64,000 nt of DNA from a virus (Duplodnaviria; Caudoviricetes), in the IMG/VR virus record IMGVR_UViG_3300011989_000257, positions 1 to 64,000 of that record, one strand, 5' to 3'. The position numbers and the translations under genes were made by a program. Numbering within the stretch: position 1 is the first letter of the stretch; each line of letters begins with the position of its first letter. Below the pieces are notes generated by a model, which saw only the letters and a list, made by a program, of their open reading frames with translations, searched no databases and was not told the origin of the DNA. This document shows positions 9,418 to 18,639 of the stretch, in pieces.

Positions 9418-10818
9418 ATGGCATTATTTTTAGAGGATTCACAGAAGGTAACTAGAAGAAAAGCAGCGATTCCATTGAAGGATAGACAATACTATAGTGC
9501 ATGGTACAATGCGCTAGAAAAAGTCATGCCCAAAAACAAATTAAAGAACCTTAAAAGCCTTGCAACTACCAAAAACTATAATAAGAAAGGAAACAATAGT
9601 TTAAATGGAAAAGAACAAAATACAAGCTATGTTAGTGTAGAGGATGCAAAGAAGAGAATGCAGAGAATGAATCCAAATGACATAACGCAAGGTGGGCAGA
9701 AGGCTTATAACTTCTATAAAAAGACTGTTGAAAGGGCAAGAAGCCAAGCAGAGGTGTCTCCAATAGAACCTCCGAAGCCTACCGCAAGTGTTAAGCCTAG
9801 CAATGTCAATATAACCAAGCAAAGTGTGCCTACATCCAAAATAAAAACTGAGAATAGGATAATAAAAGAAGATATCGAATCTAATGTATTTTGGAATTAT
9901 TTAGAAGAATATAGCCCCACTTATGTGTTTAATAGTTTCCTTGAAAACCCAAAAGGAAAACAAAATTGGGGGGTACTGATAAATCCAGATATGTATGCAA
10001 AAGCGTTAAGGGAATTTACACAATACGGAAAATTGGTTAAATTTCCAAGTAAATATGTATATCAATGGATGGGTATCATTATGAAAAATACTGCAATTTT
10101 AATTTCAAATACAGAAATAGCTGGACACTCTAGTCATTTTCCATTTGAGGATTTCGAAGATTTCTTAATAAGCTACTATGGCGATAACAGAGAAATAGAA
10201 GTTAGTCTTAACCATAATGTTAGGATAGAACTTTCCGTCAAAGAAGTGTATGAAAAATGCAATAGTGCATTATATGAGGCTGTTGATAAATACGGACAAA
10301 TATATCTACCTTGGGTGACTCAAGATGATGCTGATAGAATGGCAGAAAGGCAAGACCAAGAAAGAATTTCAGCAAAATTCAGAGAAATATACGGTGACTT
10401 GGAAACGTTGATAAACAAGTTTAATGAAGAGTCAATACGTGAAACAATAGAAATTGATTATAAAAACAATAAATTCTATTATAATATAGACATGTTTGAA
10501 TTATTGTATCAAATTGGAATAACTGATGAATGGATGCAAATGCCTGATGGTAGTGATGCTTTTTCTGACTTTGGTATAGAACCATTGGAAGAGATTCTCG
10601 CAGAATATGATGAAAATTTACCTCCAGAAAAAGTACTCGTTTTGGTTAATAGAGCACTAGACGTGTACCACCAGAGAGGTGACATGGCATCAATATTCGT
10701 TCAAGGAGGTACTAAGGCTCTTTCTAGAATTGCTGAGGAAATTAAAAGAAATAGTAAAAAGATATATATAACTGAAAATCAATTAATAAGTCTGAACAAT
10801 GGCAAACACACCAAATAA
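9418..10818 (+). CDS. Hypothetical head-associated protein with C-terminal tag (KKIYITENQLISL)
   Basis: Start moved to MALFLED at 9418, just after the upstream stop. Confidence 0.75.
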   Translation: MALFLEDSQKVTRRKAAIPLKDRQYYSAWYNALEKVMPKNKLKNLKSLATTKNYNKKGNNSLNGKEQNTSYVSVEDAKKRMQRMNPNDITQGGQKAYNFYKKTVERARSQAEVSPIEPPKPTASVKPSNVNITKQSVPTSKIKTENRIIKEDIESNVFWNYLEEYSPTYVFNSFLENPKGKQNWGVLINPDMYAKALREFTQYGKLVKFPSKYVYQWMGIIMKNTAILISNTEIAGHSSHFPFEDFEDFLISYYGDNREIEVSLNHNVRIELSVKEVYEKCNSALYEAVDKYGQIYLPWVTQDDADRMAERQDQERISAKFREIYGDLETLINKFNEESIRETIEIDYKNNKFYYNIDMFELLYQIGITDEWMQMPDGSDAFSDFGIEPLEEILAEYDENLPPEKVLVLVNRALDVYHQRGDMASIFVQGGTKALSRIAEEIKRNSKKIYITENQLISLNNGKHTK

Positions 10819-11200
10819 TACACTTAACAAGGTTATGAATACCATCGAGAATATAATGGGTGGTAGAAAACCTCAACAGCCTTCTTCAAATGCTAGTATT
10901 GGAGGTAAACAAACTTGTCTTGAGAAATTTGGTATTGAGGCTAGAAAAGAGCACTTGTATAGAAACGAATGGAAAAATGATTTGCAATATACAAAGGCAT
11001 TGGTTGATTCTGAATATATGATTCAAAAAGAATTCCCAGTTGGAAGCACTGACCAAAGCGTTCAAGACCAAGTGGAAACTGCTAGGAAAAAAGAAGAGAA
11101 AGCCAATAAAAGTAAATTGGAGAAACTAAGAGAAAAAAGAGATAAATTAAATACAAAAATAGAAACTTTAGAGGGAAAATCTAAGATTGAAGAACTATAA
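10799..11200 (+). CDS. Hypothetical protein, partial paralog of 11258..11680
   Basis: Shares MANT and QTCLEK.G.E.R...R.......QY. Confidence 0.7.
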   Translation: MANTPNNTLNKVMNTIENIMGGRKPQQPSSNASIGGKQTCLEKFGIEARKEHLYRNEWKNDLQYTKALVDSEYMIQKEFPVGSTDQSVQDQVETARKKEEKANKSKLEKLREKRDKLNTKIETLEGKSKIEEL

Positions 11201-11222
11201 TATTTATAATTAACTATTTATA
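11201..11222 (+). promoter_or_regulatory. Tandem putative late promoters TATTTATA (11201, 11215)
   Basis: Two exact copies in the intergenic gap before 11258. Confidence 0.55.
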
Positions 11223-11257
11223 TTAGAAAATAAATTACTTAAATTTTATATAAGAAT

Positions 11258-11680
11258 ATGGCGAACACAGTTCAAAATGGACAAACTTGTCTCGAAAAGA
11301 GAGGCATGGAAGAGAGACATCAAGAGATTACTCGCTCAGATTATAATATTGAAAATCAATATGGACCAACTCATCCAGATGCATTAAGTGATGGTGATGC
11401 TCAAGGTAAGGGTACTGGACATGGTGGACATACTCACTTCTTACCAGATTGTACAAAACCAACAACTCAGATTAACTACAGTAATTTCGATACTGAAAAT
11501 GGTGGAGGATATTACGATATCAAAGGCAGAAATGGAATAAGTGGCCGTGAGAGAGCATTGGCTATATCAATGTATAATAAGGAAGTTCCTTATGGCGCTA
11601 ATCTAGTTGACACAACACAGAATGTAAACGATGGACAGTATTTTGTAGGTCAGCAGATTGGACAAAAGACTACTACCTAA
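11258..11680 (+). CDS. Hypothetical virion protein
   Basis: ORF track; G/H-rich centre. Confidence 0.75.
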   Translation: MANTVQNGQTCLEKRGMEERHQEITRSDYNIENQYGPTHPDALSDGDAQGKGTGHGGHTHFLPDCTKPTTQINYSNFDTENGGGYYDIKGRNGISGRERALAISMYNKEVPYGANLVDTTQNVNDGQYFVGQQIGQKTTT

Positions 11681-11702
11681 TATATTTAAACCAAAATAAA
11701 TT

Positions 11703-12050
11703 ATGATGAATAGAAGTTATGATAGTGATAGATTACATAAACTTGCCAAAAACATCTTAATTGGTATGGAACTTGTTGATAAACGAGTTGATTCTATCAA
11801 GAAAACAAGTGTAAAGAAGGAATTAAACGAAGAGGAAACAAGACAAGCAATTGCTGAAACGAATGCATTTTTTGCTGATAGGAAGATGCAAAGAAAATTG
11901 GAGGCATTGAAGTCATTAATTGTCGATAATACATATCAGAACCAGCTTAATGAGATGGCTAAAGGACAGAATATGAGTATCACACCTCAAAGTCGTTTCA
12001 ATGAAATGAATATGAGGGTTGATTTTAACCCATACGATGAAAAAGATTAA
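11703..12050 (+). CDS. Hypothetical protein
   Basis: ORF track; operon-like spacing. Confidence 0.7.
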   Translation: MMNRSYDSDRLHKLAKNILIGMELVDKRVDSIKKTSVKKELNEEETRQAIAETNAFFADRKMQRKLEALKSLIVDNTYQNQLNEMAKGQNMSITPQSRFNEMNMRVDFNPYDEKD

Positions 12051-12052
12051 TA

Positions 12053-12781
12053 ATGGGAATAATAAAAAACTACCTTTTAAACGAGAACATTGATTTTAAC
12101 TCTGTTCTTGATGCAATTCAAAACAAATATCAAGTCCGTATCAGATATGATGACGGACAAGGAAATAGTGCTGGAAATCCAAAAGGTAGTCGTGTAATAA
12201 AGCCTTTTGCAATTGGTACAACAAAGAAAGGATATCCAGTTGTAAGAGCGTTCCAAGAAGGTGGTGGTAGTAGACGAGGAACACCAAAATGGAAATTCTT
12301 CAGACTTGACAGGATTACATCTTGGACTCCAATGAAAAATAAGAAATTCTTTGAAGCACCTCCAAGTGAATTTGGTGAGTATAATCTTACTGGAGATAAG
12401 ACAATGGGTACATTCTATGATAATGCAAAATTGGATGACTTCATAAGTCCGTTGGACAAACAAAGAATGCAATTTAAAAATGATGTTAAACTTGGTAGGC
12501 AGAATAATACAAAAAATGGTCCTGTACAACAACCAAGAATAACACAGCAAAGGAAGAATAATGTATACACGTCTCAGCCTAACAGTAAGAAATATGATAT
12601 GATAAGGAAGAACATAGAAAACACGCCAAAGAAGGATGATGATTTTTGGAAATTGTTTGACCTTAACGATGCTGAAAAAACTTTAACACAACCACAAAAA
12701 GGACCAATTCAAAACAATGGTTACGATACTAATGAAGTCGATTTTAACGAAAACGACTACTTAAACAAAAACAAAAGATAA
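12053..12781 (+). CDS. WYL-domain protein (no HTH) with low-complexity tail
   Basis: AIQNKYQVRIRY...RVIKPFAIG...VRAF...WKFFRLDRI. Confidence 0.7.
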   Translation: MGIIKNYLLNENIDFNSVLDAIQNKYQVRIRYDDGQGNSAGNPKGSRVIKPFAIGTTKKGYPVVRAFQEGGGSRRGTPKWKFFRLDRITSWTPMKNKKFFEAPPSEFGEYNLTGDKTMGTFYDNAKLDDFISPLDKQRMQFKNDVKLGRQNNTKNGPVQQPRITQQRKNNVYTSQPNSKKYDMIRKNIENTPKKDDDFWKLFDLNDAEKTLTQPQKGPIQNNGYDTNEVDFNENDYLNKNKR

Positions 12782-13467
12782 TGGCAAATTTGACTGAAGA
12801 GCAAAAGAAGGCTAGATTAAGTGATTCTATGTCTAGGGCAGCAAAACTAATGAAATTAGAAGCAAATGGTACTATCGACAAAATCGCAAAGGGACATAAA
12901 GATGGCATCAATGAATCGCTTAATGGCGGTACACTAACAAGTGATTTAATGACAACTTCTAGAAATAGAAATACCCAAGCACCGCCTTCATTTGGTGGGC
13001 AAATGGGCGAAAATGCTGCAAACGTACCAGCTGCAATCAGAGAAGCATTCATGAACAACCCAATAGATGAGACTGAATTGTATTCAGTATTTGGCGGTGG
13101 TGACGGTCGTGATGTATCATTCCTTACAGAAGCGCTTGACATTGCACCACAACCAGCATATACGCCGCCTCAGAACGTTAGACAAATTGTCAATGAGGGG
13201 ATGCAGCAACAGCAACAATATACTCCTCAATACCAGTCAGCACCTCAAATCGACTATCCAATGATTAGAACAATCGTTGAGGAAATTGTAAGAAAATATG
13301 CAACATCATTGAATAAGAGAATTGTTAATGAAGGAAAGGGGAGCGAAATCAATACAATCGCATTGGGTAAGAATTTCAGATTCTTGGCTTCAGATGGTAC
13401 AATATATGAATGCAGTATGAAAAAAGTGGGAAATGTAAATGATAGAAGAAAGAGTGTTAACGGCTAA
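12781..13467 (+). CDS. Hypothetical protein (Q/P-rich)
   Basis: ORF track; start overlaps the upstream stop. Confidence 0.75.
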   Translation: MANLTEEQKKARLSDSMSRAAKLMKLEANGTIDKIAKGHKDGINESLNGGTLTSDLMTTSRNRNTQAPPSFGGQMGENAANVPAAIREAFMNNPIDETELYSVFGGGDGRDVSFLTEALDIAPQPAYTPPQNVRQIVNEGMQQQQQYTPQYQSAPQIDYPMIRTIVEEIVRKYATSLNKRIVNEGKGSEINTIALGKNFRFLASDGTIYECSMKKVGNVNDRRKSVNG

Positions 13468-13480
13468 CACTCTTTTTTTT
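13449..13480 (+). terminator. Intrinsic terminator
   Basis: AAGAGTGTTA-acggc-TAACACTCTT followed by a T-run. Confidence 0.8.
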
Positions 13481-13553
13481 ATTTTCTCTTGAAAAACAAA
13501 TTATGGAAAATTATTTTTTATAAAAGAATAATTTATTATAAAAATAACTAGTT

Positions 13554-14771
13554 ATGAGTAAAAAGATTAAAATGTTAGTAATACCATCCGATAGGACAGG
13601 CGTAGGTAAATTTCGTTCAGTAGCTCCTCACACATACATTCAAGAACATTATGGTGATGAATTTGACGTAGATATCGTGTACAGCATGCCTAAAGGAGAC
13701 CTTGAAGCATTCCTAAAGCAATACGACCTCATACATATTCACAAACAGCTTGATAAAGAGTGCAAGATTATGGATATGATTAAATTCTTGGGTATTCCAG
13801 TAATTATTGATATTGATGACCACTTCTTGCTTGGTGATGACCACCCAATGTCAATTACTGCAAAAAAAGAAAGGTGGCATGAACCAATCATCAATCACTT
13901 AAAAAAGGCTGATTACGTCACAACTACTACACCAATATTCGCAAATGTTCTAAAGAAATACAACAAGAATGTTGCCGTATTTCCAAATGCTATTGACCCA
14001 AAGGAGGAACAGTTTAATATTCCTAAGACTCCAGAAACCGACAGACTGCGTGTTGGAATCATTTGTGGTTCATCGCATTTAAAAGACCTTCAGTTGATTG
14101 ATGGTATTGCAAAACAAATTGATAAAGATAAGGTGCAATTTGTCCTATGTGGATTTGATACAAGAGGAACAAGAACAATCTATAACCAACAAACTGGTGA
14201 AAAAACCACACGACCAATCCTACCTGAGGAGAGCGTATGGTGTGATTATGAGAAGATATTTACTGATAATTATAAGAACGTATCCAAAGAACATCTTGAC
14301 TTCTTAAAGAAATACATCGCTGGAACTGATGACCCATTCACTAATGAATCTTATAGAAGAATGTGGACTAGGGACATTAATAAGTATGCCACACATTATG
14401 CCAATGTGGATGTACTTATAGCTCCGTTGAAGGAGAACGAGTTCAACAAGGTTAAGTCACAACTGAAGGAGACTGAGTGTGGATTCACACACACTGCATT
14501 CATCGGCCAGAATTTCGGTGCTTACACCATTGACCTTGTGCCTATGATTGAGAAAGGTGGTAAGATTAACGAAGAAGGGACAGCATTACTAGTGGATTCA
14601 AGGAAGAACCACAAAGAATGGGCTAAGTATATTAATAAATTGGCAAATAATCGAGACATGCTACATAAGTTGCAAGACAATCTTGCAAAGTTCGTACAAG
14701 AGAATTATTCGCTTGAAAAAGTTTGTAAGGATAGAGTTGAATTATATAAGAAACTTGTGGGAGTTGATTAA
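13554..14771 (+). CDS. Glycosyltransferase, GT-B fold (GT4-like)
   Basis: GVGKFR..P, DIDD, ADYVTTTT, FPNAID, GSSH..DL, DVLIAPL.ENEFN..KS.LK. Confidence 0.8.
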   Translation: MSKKIKMLVIPSDRTGVGKFRSVAPHTYIQEHYGDEFDVDIVYSMPKGDLEAFLKQYDLIHIHKQLDKECKIMDMIKFLGIPVIIDIDDHFLLGDDHPMSITAKKERWHEPIINHLKKADYVTTTTPIFANVLKKYNKNVAVFPNAIDPKEEQFNIPKTPETDRLRVGIICGSSHLKDLQLIDGIAKQIDKDKVQFVLCGFDTRGTRTIYNQQTGEKTTRPILPEESVWCDYEKIFTDNYKNVSKEHLDFLKKYIAGTDDPFTNESYRRMWTRDINKYATHYANVDVLIAPLKENEFNKVKSQLKETECGFTHTAFIGQNFGAYTIDLVPMIEKGGKINEEGTALLVDSRKNHKEWAKYINKLANNRDMLHKLQDNLAKFVQENYSLEKVCKDRVELYKKLVGVD

Positions 14772-14774
14772 CAT

Positions 14775-14805
14775 AAAAAGGAGGTAGACTTTTCTACCTC
14801 CTTTT
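14775..14805. terminator. Bidirectional intrinsic terminator
   Basis: AAAAGGAGGTAGA-cttt-TCTACCTCCTTTT between convergent genes. Confidence 0.85.
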
Positions 14806-15346
14806 AAGCTTTAAACTCACTAGCATCAACTGGTGAACATTGTATTGTTCTGTATAGCGGAACTGTCCCCCATAATGAATGTGCATTATCATAATTATTT
14901 TTTCCGTCATTATTGACCACCCAATACTCGCAATGGCTTGGAGACACATATATTCCAATATAATCCCCTTTCTTTATTTCTGCACCTAGTTCATCAAGTG
15001 TTTCTTGATACACTCCAAGGGTAAGTTTACCAGTTTTCATATAAGTCCCAAGTTGTTTAGACTTATCATATGACTTAAGTTCTGGCTCCTCAATCTCATA
15101 CACACATGGTATTTCGATTGGCGTTTTAAATGCTACTTCATCTGCTGATGTTTCCCCATATACAGCATCAGTTTGTGTTTGTGAGGCATCAACTTGATAA
15201 AGTATGACAGTTTGCCCCATATCTTGTTCTATGTAGTTTTTACCTATTTCTCTTTCAATTGCAAATGTTTGTGCATCATAGAAAAGACTATTCCTATTGA
15301 TAGGGACACGTCTTACATTATTTGTGTTAAATTTTAAATTAGCCAT
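14804..15346 (-). CDS. Putative neck/head-closure protein (T4 gp14-like)
   Basis: G..V.LY.V.....D..YGE....F..P.E...KGDYI pattern resembling gp14. Confidence 0.5.
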   Translation of the reverse strand: MANLKFNTNNVRRVPINRNSLFYDAQTFAIEREIGKNYIEQDMGQTVILYQVDASQTQTDAVYGETSADEVAFKTPIEIPCVYEIEEPELKSYDKSKQLGTYMKTGKLTLGVYQETLDELGAEIKKGDYIGIYVSPSHCEYWVVNNDGKNNYDNAHSLWGTVPLYRTIQCSPVDASEFKA

Positions 15347-16085
15347 GATAATATGTCTCCCAATTTTCCAAATTCATTCCTGCGTCAAGAACCACAATCA
15401 TTGGATTACCGTCCCTATTAACCATTCCGTAATTCTCTGGTTTAGTTAAATCGCCAATTTGTGTGTCCATTATTAATTTCTTAAGATTCTTCAGCCAAGG
15501 ATTCTTCATTATATACGATTCAATTTCTCTATTATAATATCCCTCGCCAATTGTATAGTTTGTTTCCAAATAGCATACTATCTCATATACACTAAAATCT
15601 GCTTTGTCTGCAACATTTTTTAGCTTGCCAAAATATTTAACATAATCAGAATAACTTTGTTGATAATGCTTATCATAGAATGGTAAACCAATAATTTTTT
15701 CAAAATCTATAGGCTGTGCTGGAACTACATTCTCACAAATTATATATGAGTAATTATCATCATTGCCAAATATCTTGACCAATAATGGTGAACGATTCTC
15801 ATCATATAATTGGCACTCAAGACGATTCTGTGCCTTTCCAGCCTCATATCTACCATTGGCTAATTTCAAAACAAGGTTATCGCTTAACATGAATATGCAT
15901 CTAGAAGTTCCTTGTGCAACTGGTTCTCCCAACCATTTTCTACAGTATTCGAATTGACGTTTGCTAGTATTTTCGTCAGAAAAGGCATCATTCCCCAATA
16001 TTGACAACTCATCAAATGAAAATCCTTCCCTATATGCCTCAAATAATCTTTTATGCTGTGATTCGTTTATCTTAATTAATTTCAT
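15339..16085 (-). CDS. Protein-kinase-like fold protein with N-terminal tag
   Basis: AQGTSR (Gly loop), VLK, NRLE, ICE (hinge), GDLTKPENYG (catalytic loop), VLDAG. Confidence 0.65.
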   Translation of the reverse strand: MKLIKINESQHKRLFEAYREGFSFDELSILGNDAFSDENTSKRQFEYCRKWLGEPVAQGTSRCIFMLSDNLVLKLANGRYEAGKAQNRLECQLYDENRSPLLVKIFGNDDNYSYIICENVVPAQPIDFEKIIGLPFYDKHYQQSYSDYVKYFGKLKNVADKADFSVYEIVCYLETNYTIGEGYYNREIESYIMKNPWLKNLKKLIMDTQIGDLTKPENYGMVNRDGNPMIVVLDAGMNLENWETYYHG

Positions 16086-16124
16086 GAATTATATATTTAT
16101 TTTTAACAATAAATAGTTGATTAT

Positions 16125-17006
16125 ATGATAAAAGAAACATTTAATTTTGCCAATAACGGTGATGAATTTTATACTAGATTAAATGATATATCTAAGGAAA
16201 TACCCAATTACAATTGGGCTAATATGATTATATATTGTAATTGTGATGACCCAATGAAGTCAAATTTTTATAAGTATTTCAAAAGCAACTTTAAAAATCT
16301 TGGCATTAAAAAGTTATTTGCAACATATAAATCAAATAATCCATTATTATTTGAATTTGATGGAATAAACGAAAAGAAAATGCCAATTTCATCTGGAGAT
16401 TTTCAAGTTAATACAGACATACTCAATATGTGTGATGCCATTGTTACCAATCCACCATATTCTAGTGGCATGGCAGTAGAATTTATTGATATGATGCTAG
16501 GTAGTGGGAAGAAATTCTTAATTGTTGCACCTCTGAATATAATTACGAAAAAGAAAATATTCGAATATGTAAATGATGGGTTACTTCGTATAGGTTATAC
16601 ATCCATAAACTCATTTGGCAGAGAGGATGGCTCAGTATCAAACTCTCCAAGCTGTTGGTGGACTAACTTTGACGTTGAGAAACCATTTATAAATACATCT
16701 TTTAATTATGACGAAAATGTATATCCAAAATACGATAATTATGATGCCATTGATTGTAGTAGGACAGATATGATACCTAATGGTTATAGCGGAATTATGG
16801 GTGTTCCAGTTCGTTTTATAACAAAGTATAACCCAAAACAATTCACGTTGATTGGTATACTTAATCACCCAAGGATAAATGGAAAAAACATTATGTCTAG
16901 AATCCTTATTCAAAGGAATAATGTACATGAAGGGACTAAGAAAGTGAGGATAACAGAAAGCAGTTATAAAAGGATATTTAAAATAAAAAATGGTTCATAC
17001 GTATGA
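16125..17006 (+). CDS. EcoRI-family adenine-specific DNA methyltransferase with C-terminal tag
   Basis: DEFYT, IYCNCDDP, GDF, IVTNPPY, YPKYDNYDAI, GIMGVP, KYNP.QF, RILIQ; extra tail KKVRITESSYKRIF. Confidence 0.85.
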   Translation: MIKETFNFANNGDEFYTRLNDISKEIPNYNWANMIIYCNCDDPMKSNFYKYFKSNFKNLGIKKLFATYKSNNPLLFEFDGINEKKMPISSGDFQVNTDILNMCDAIVTNPPYSSGMAVEFIDMMLGSGKKFLIVAPLNIITKKKIFEYVNDGLLRIGYTSINSFGREDGSVSNSPSCWWTNFDVEKPFINTSFNYDENVYPKYDNYDAIDCSRTDMIPNGYSGIMGVPVRFITKYNPKQFTLIGILNHPRINGKNIMSRILIQRNNVHEGTKKVRITESSYKRIFKIKNGSYV

Positions 17007-17033
17007 ACCATTTTTTATTAATTTAGAGACCGA

Positions 17034-18056
17034 TTATTCTGCTGATGCTAGTGCATATATCAATTCATCATGTACAGCAATTTTTTTATTTTTTTCGTTT
17101 TTTAATTCATATTCCTCTTTAGTTATAAATTCTTCTTCACTTTTTTTAAGTGAAAAAGCCTTTACTTCTTCTTTGTTAATATAAGCATTCCATGCTCTTG
17201 CAAACATATGGTACATTTCTTTATCAGAAATTTTCTTTTTACCCTCCTTTCTATCACGTAAATATGAACGTAACGTGGTTGTTGGTTTTCCTGCTGTGCG
17301 AGTTGCATATTCGTCAACCAATTCCTCAAAAAAAGGATAAACCTCTTCGAAAGACCATCCACAAACCATATTTAAATAAGCCATTACACATCCGTAGAAT
17401 TTACCATTCGACATAAAATTTTCCTTGCCTTTTCCTTTGCACAAATTCATAGCCTTTAATGCAGCAGTAGTATATGAATTCAAATGTTCACTAGCATCCT
17501 CAAGGCATTCATCATTGTTTGATGTTGTTCTTGTCATACAACCACCATGACTACCTTTTCTACCATTTTTCCACTCCATAACCTTTTTAACAATAGAAGC
17601 AGTGTATGATTGATGTGTTGGACTAGTTTCCCCCATAATCTGTGAAGCAGATAAAGTATCACCGAATGTTCTTGTTTTACCCATGTCAATAGTAGAGAAA
17701 GCACCTTCTGGTACACCTTTTACAACTAGTGCTAACATGGGTACTCCGCTTTCAGCAACAGCAGTTAATCTACCTTGCCCATCCAAAAGTTTATCCGTAT
17801 CACTAAATATGATAGTTTGTCCATTAAACTGCCATACGTCATCAATTAATTGCCTAATGTAAGAGTTCCTTCTCCCATTGTCTAGTTTTCTGTTCATAAC
17901 ATTCTTCTTTAACCATTCTTTGGCCATTTCAGACGTTATTACAACAATCTCACATGTAACTTGTGCATTCATTTTTTCATGAAGCGCATTCAAAGTTTCT
18001 AACTTACTAGTGATAAATTCTTCACTTGCTCTAGCACCATTATTTCTTGTTGCCAT
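17034..18056 (-). CDS. ParB/Srx-like (DGQHR-type) domain protein
   Basis: IT.E.A..WL..N..NR...W.FNG..I.F....LLDGQGRL.A...V..G......D.G..R; His of DGQHR replaced by Gly. Confidence 0.7.
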   Translation of the reverse strand: MATRNNGARASEEFITSKLETLNALHEKMNAQVTCEIVVITSEMAKEWLKKNVMNRKLDNGRRNSYIRQLIDDVWQFNGQTIIFSDTDKLLDGQGRLTAVAESGVPMLALVVKGVPEGAFSTIDMGKTRTFGDTLSASQIMGETSPTHQSYTASIVKKVMEWKNGRKGSHGGCMTRTTSNNDECLEDASEHLNSYTTAALKAMNLCKGKGKENFMSNGKFYGCVMAYLNMVCGWSFEEVYPFFEELVDEYATRTAGKPTTTLRSYLRDRKEGKKKISDKEMYHMFARAWNAYINKEEVKAFSLKKSEEEFITKEEYELKNEKNKKIAVHDELIYALASAE

Positions 18057-18120
18057 TATTTTTTTTTTTACGTCCCTCCTTTTAGAGACTTTAAATTAAA
18101 CATTTTTTTTTAAATTGTGT

Positions 18121-18154
18121 TGCAAAGATATGAAAAAAAAATAGAATAACCAAA
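18121..18154 (-). promoter_or_regulatory. Bacteroidota sigmaA-type promoter (-33 TTTG / -7 TAnnTTTG)
   Basis: TTTGG-N19-TATCTTTGCA upstream of the ParB-like gene. Confidence 0.8.
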
Positions 18155-18197
18155 TTTTATTAGAAAAAAAATGTCATTTTTTAAAAACTTTTAAAAA

Positions 18198-18228
18198 TTA
18201 TATATTCCTCCGTCGGAGGAATATATAA
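18198..18228. repeat. Perfect 31-bp palindrome (15-bp arms, 1-nt centre)
   Basis: TTATATATTCCTCCG-T-CGGAGGAATATATAA. Confidence 0.9.
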
Positions 18229-18285
18229 AAAAAAATGATAAATTTGTTTATTTTATTTTATATTAAATTTATTTTTTATAAAAAA

Positions 18286-18639
18286 ATGAGTATTTTAGAA
18301 GAAATGACATATCTTTTTCTCAAAAAACAAAAGATAGAGTTTATAGCGCAAAAAAGATTTGATTTCATTGGACATAAAACACTTGATTTCTATTTGCCTC
18401 AATATAAAGTTGCAATAGAATGTCAAGGTGTACAACATTATCAGAAAAACAACAATTTTTTTAATTCTAAAGAACAGCAAAAAAGGGATAAAGATAAAAT
18501 AAAGGAGTGCCAAAAAAATGGTGTTAAAATAGTGTATTTTACTGAATATAAAAACAAAAAAATAGTACCTAAATTATATAAAAAGATAACATATTATAAT
18601 TTAAGAATAATGTTTAAAGATATATTAAATGAAATATAA
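18286..18639 (+). CDS. Stand-alone DUF559/Vsr-like PD-(D/E)xK endonuclease domain
   Basis: S.LEE...QKRF...LDFYLPQYKVAIECQGVQHY...D..K...C..NGVKIVY; start moved to MSILEE. Confidence 0.75.
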   Translation: MSILEEMTYLFLKKQKIEFIAQKRFDFIGHKTLDFYLPQYKVAIECQGVQHYQKNNNFFNSKEQQKRDKDKIKECQKNGVKIVYFTEYKNKKIVPKLYKKITYYNLRIMFKDILNEI

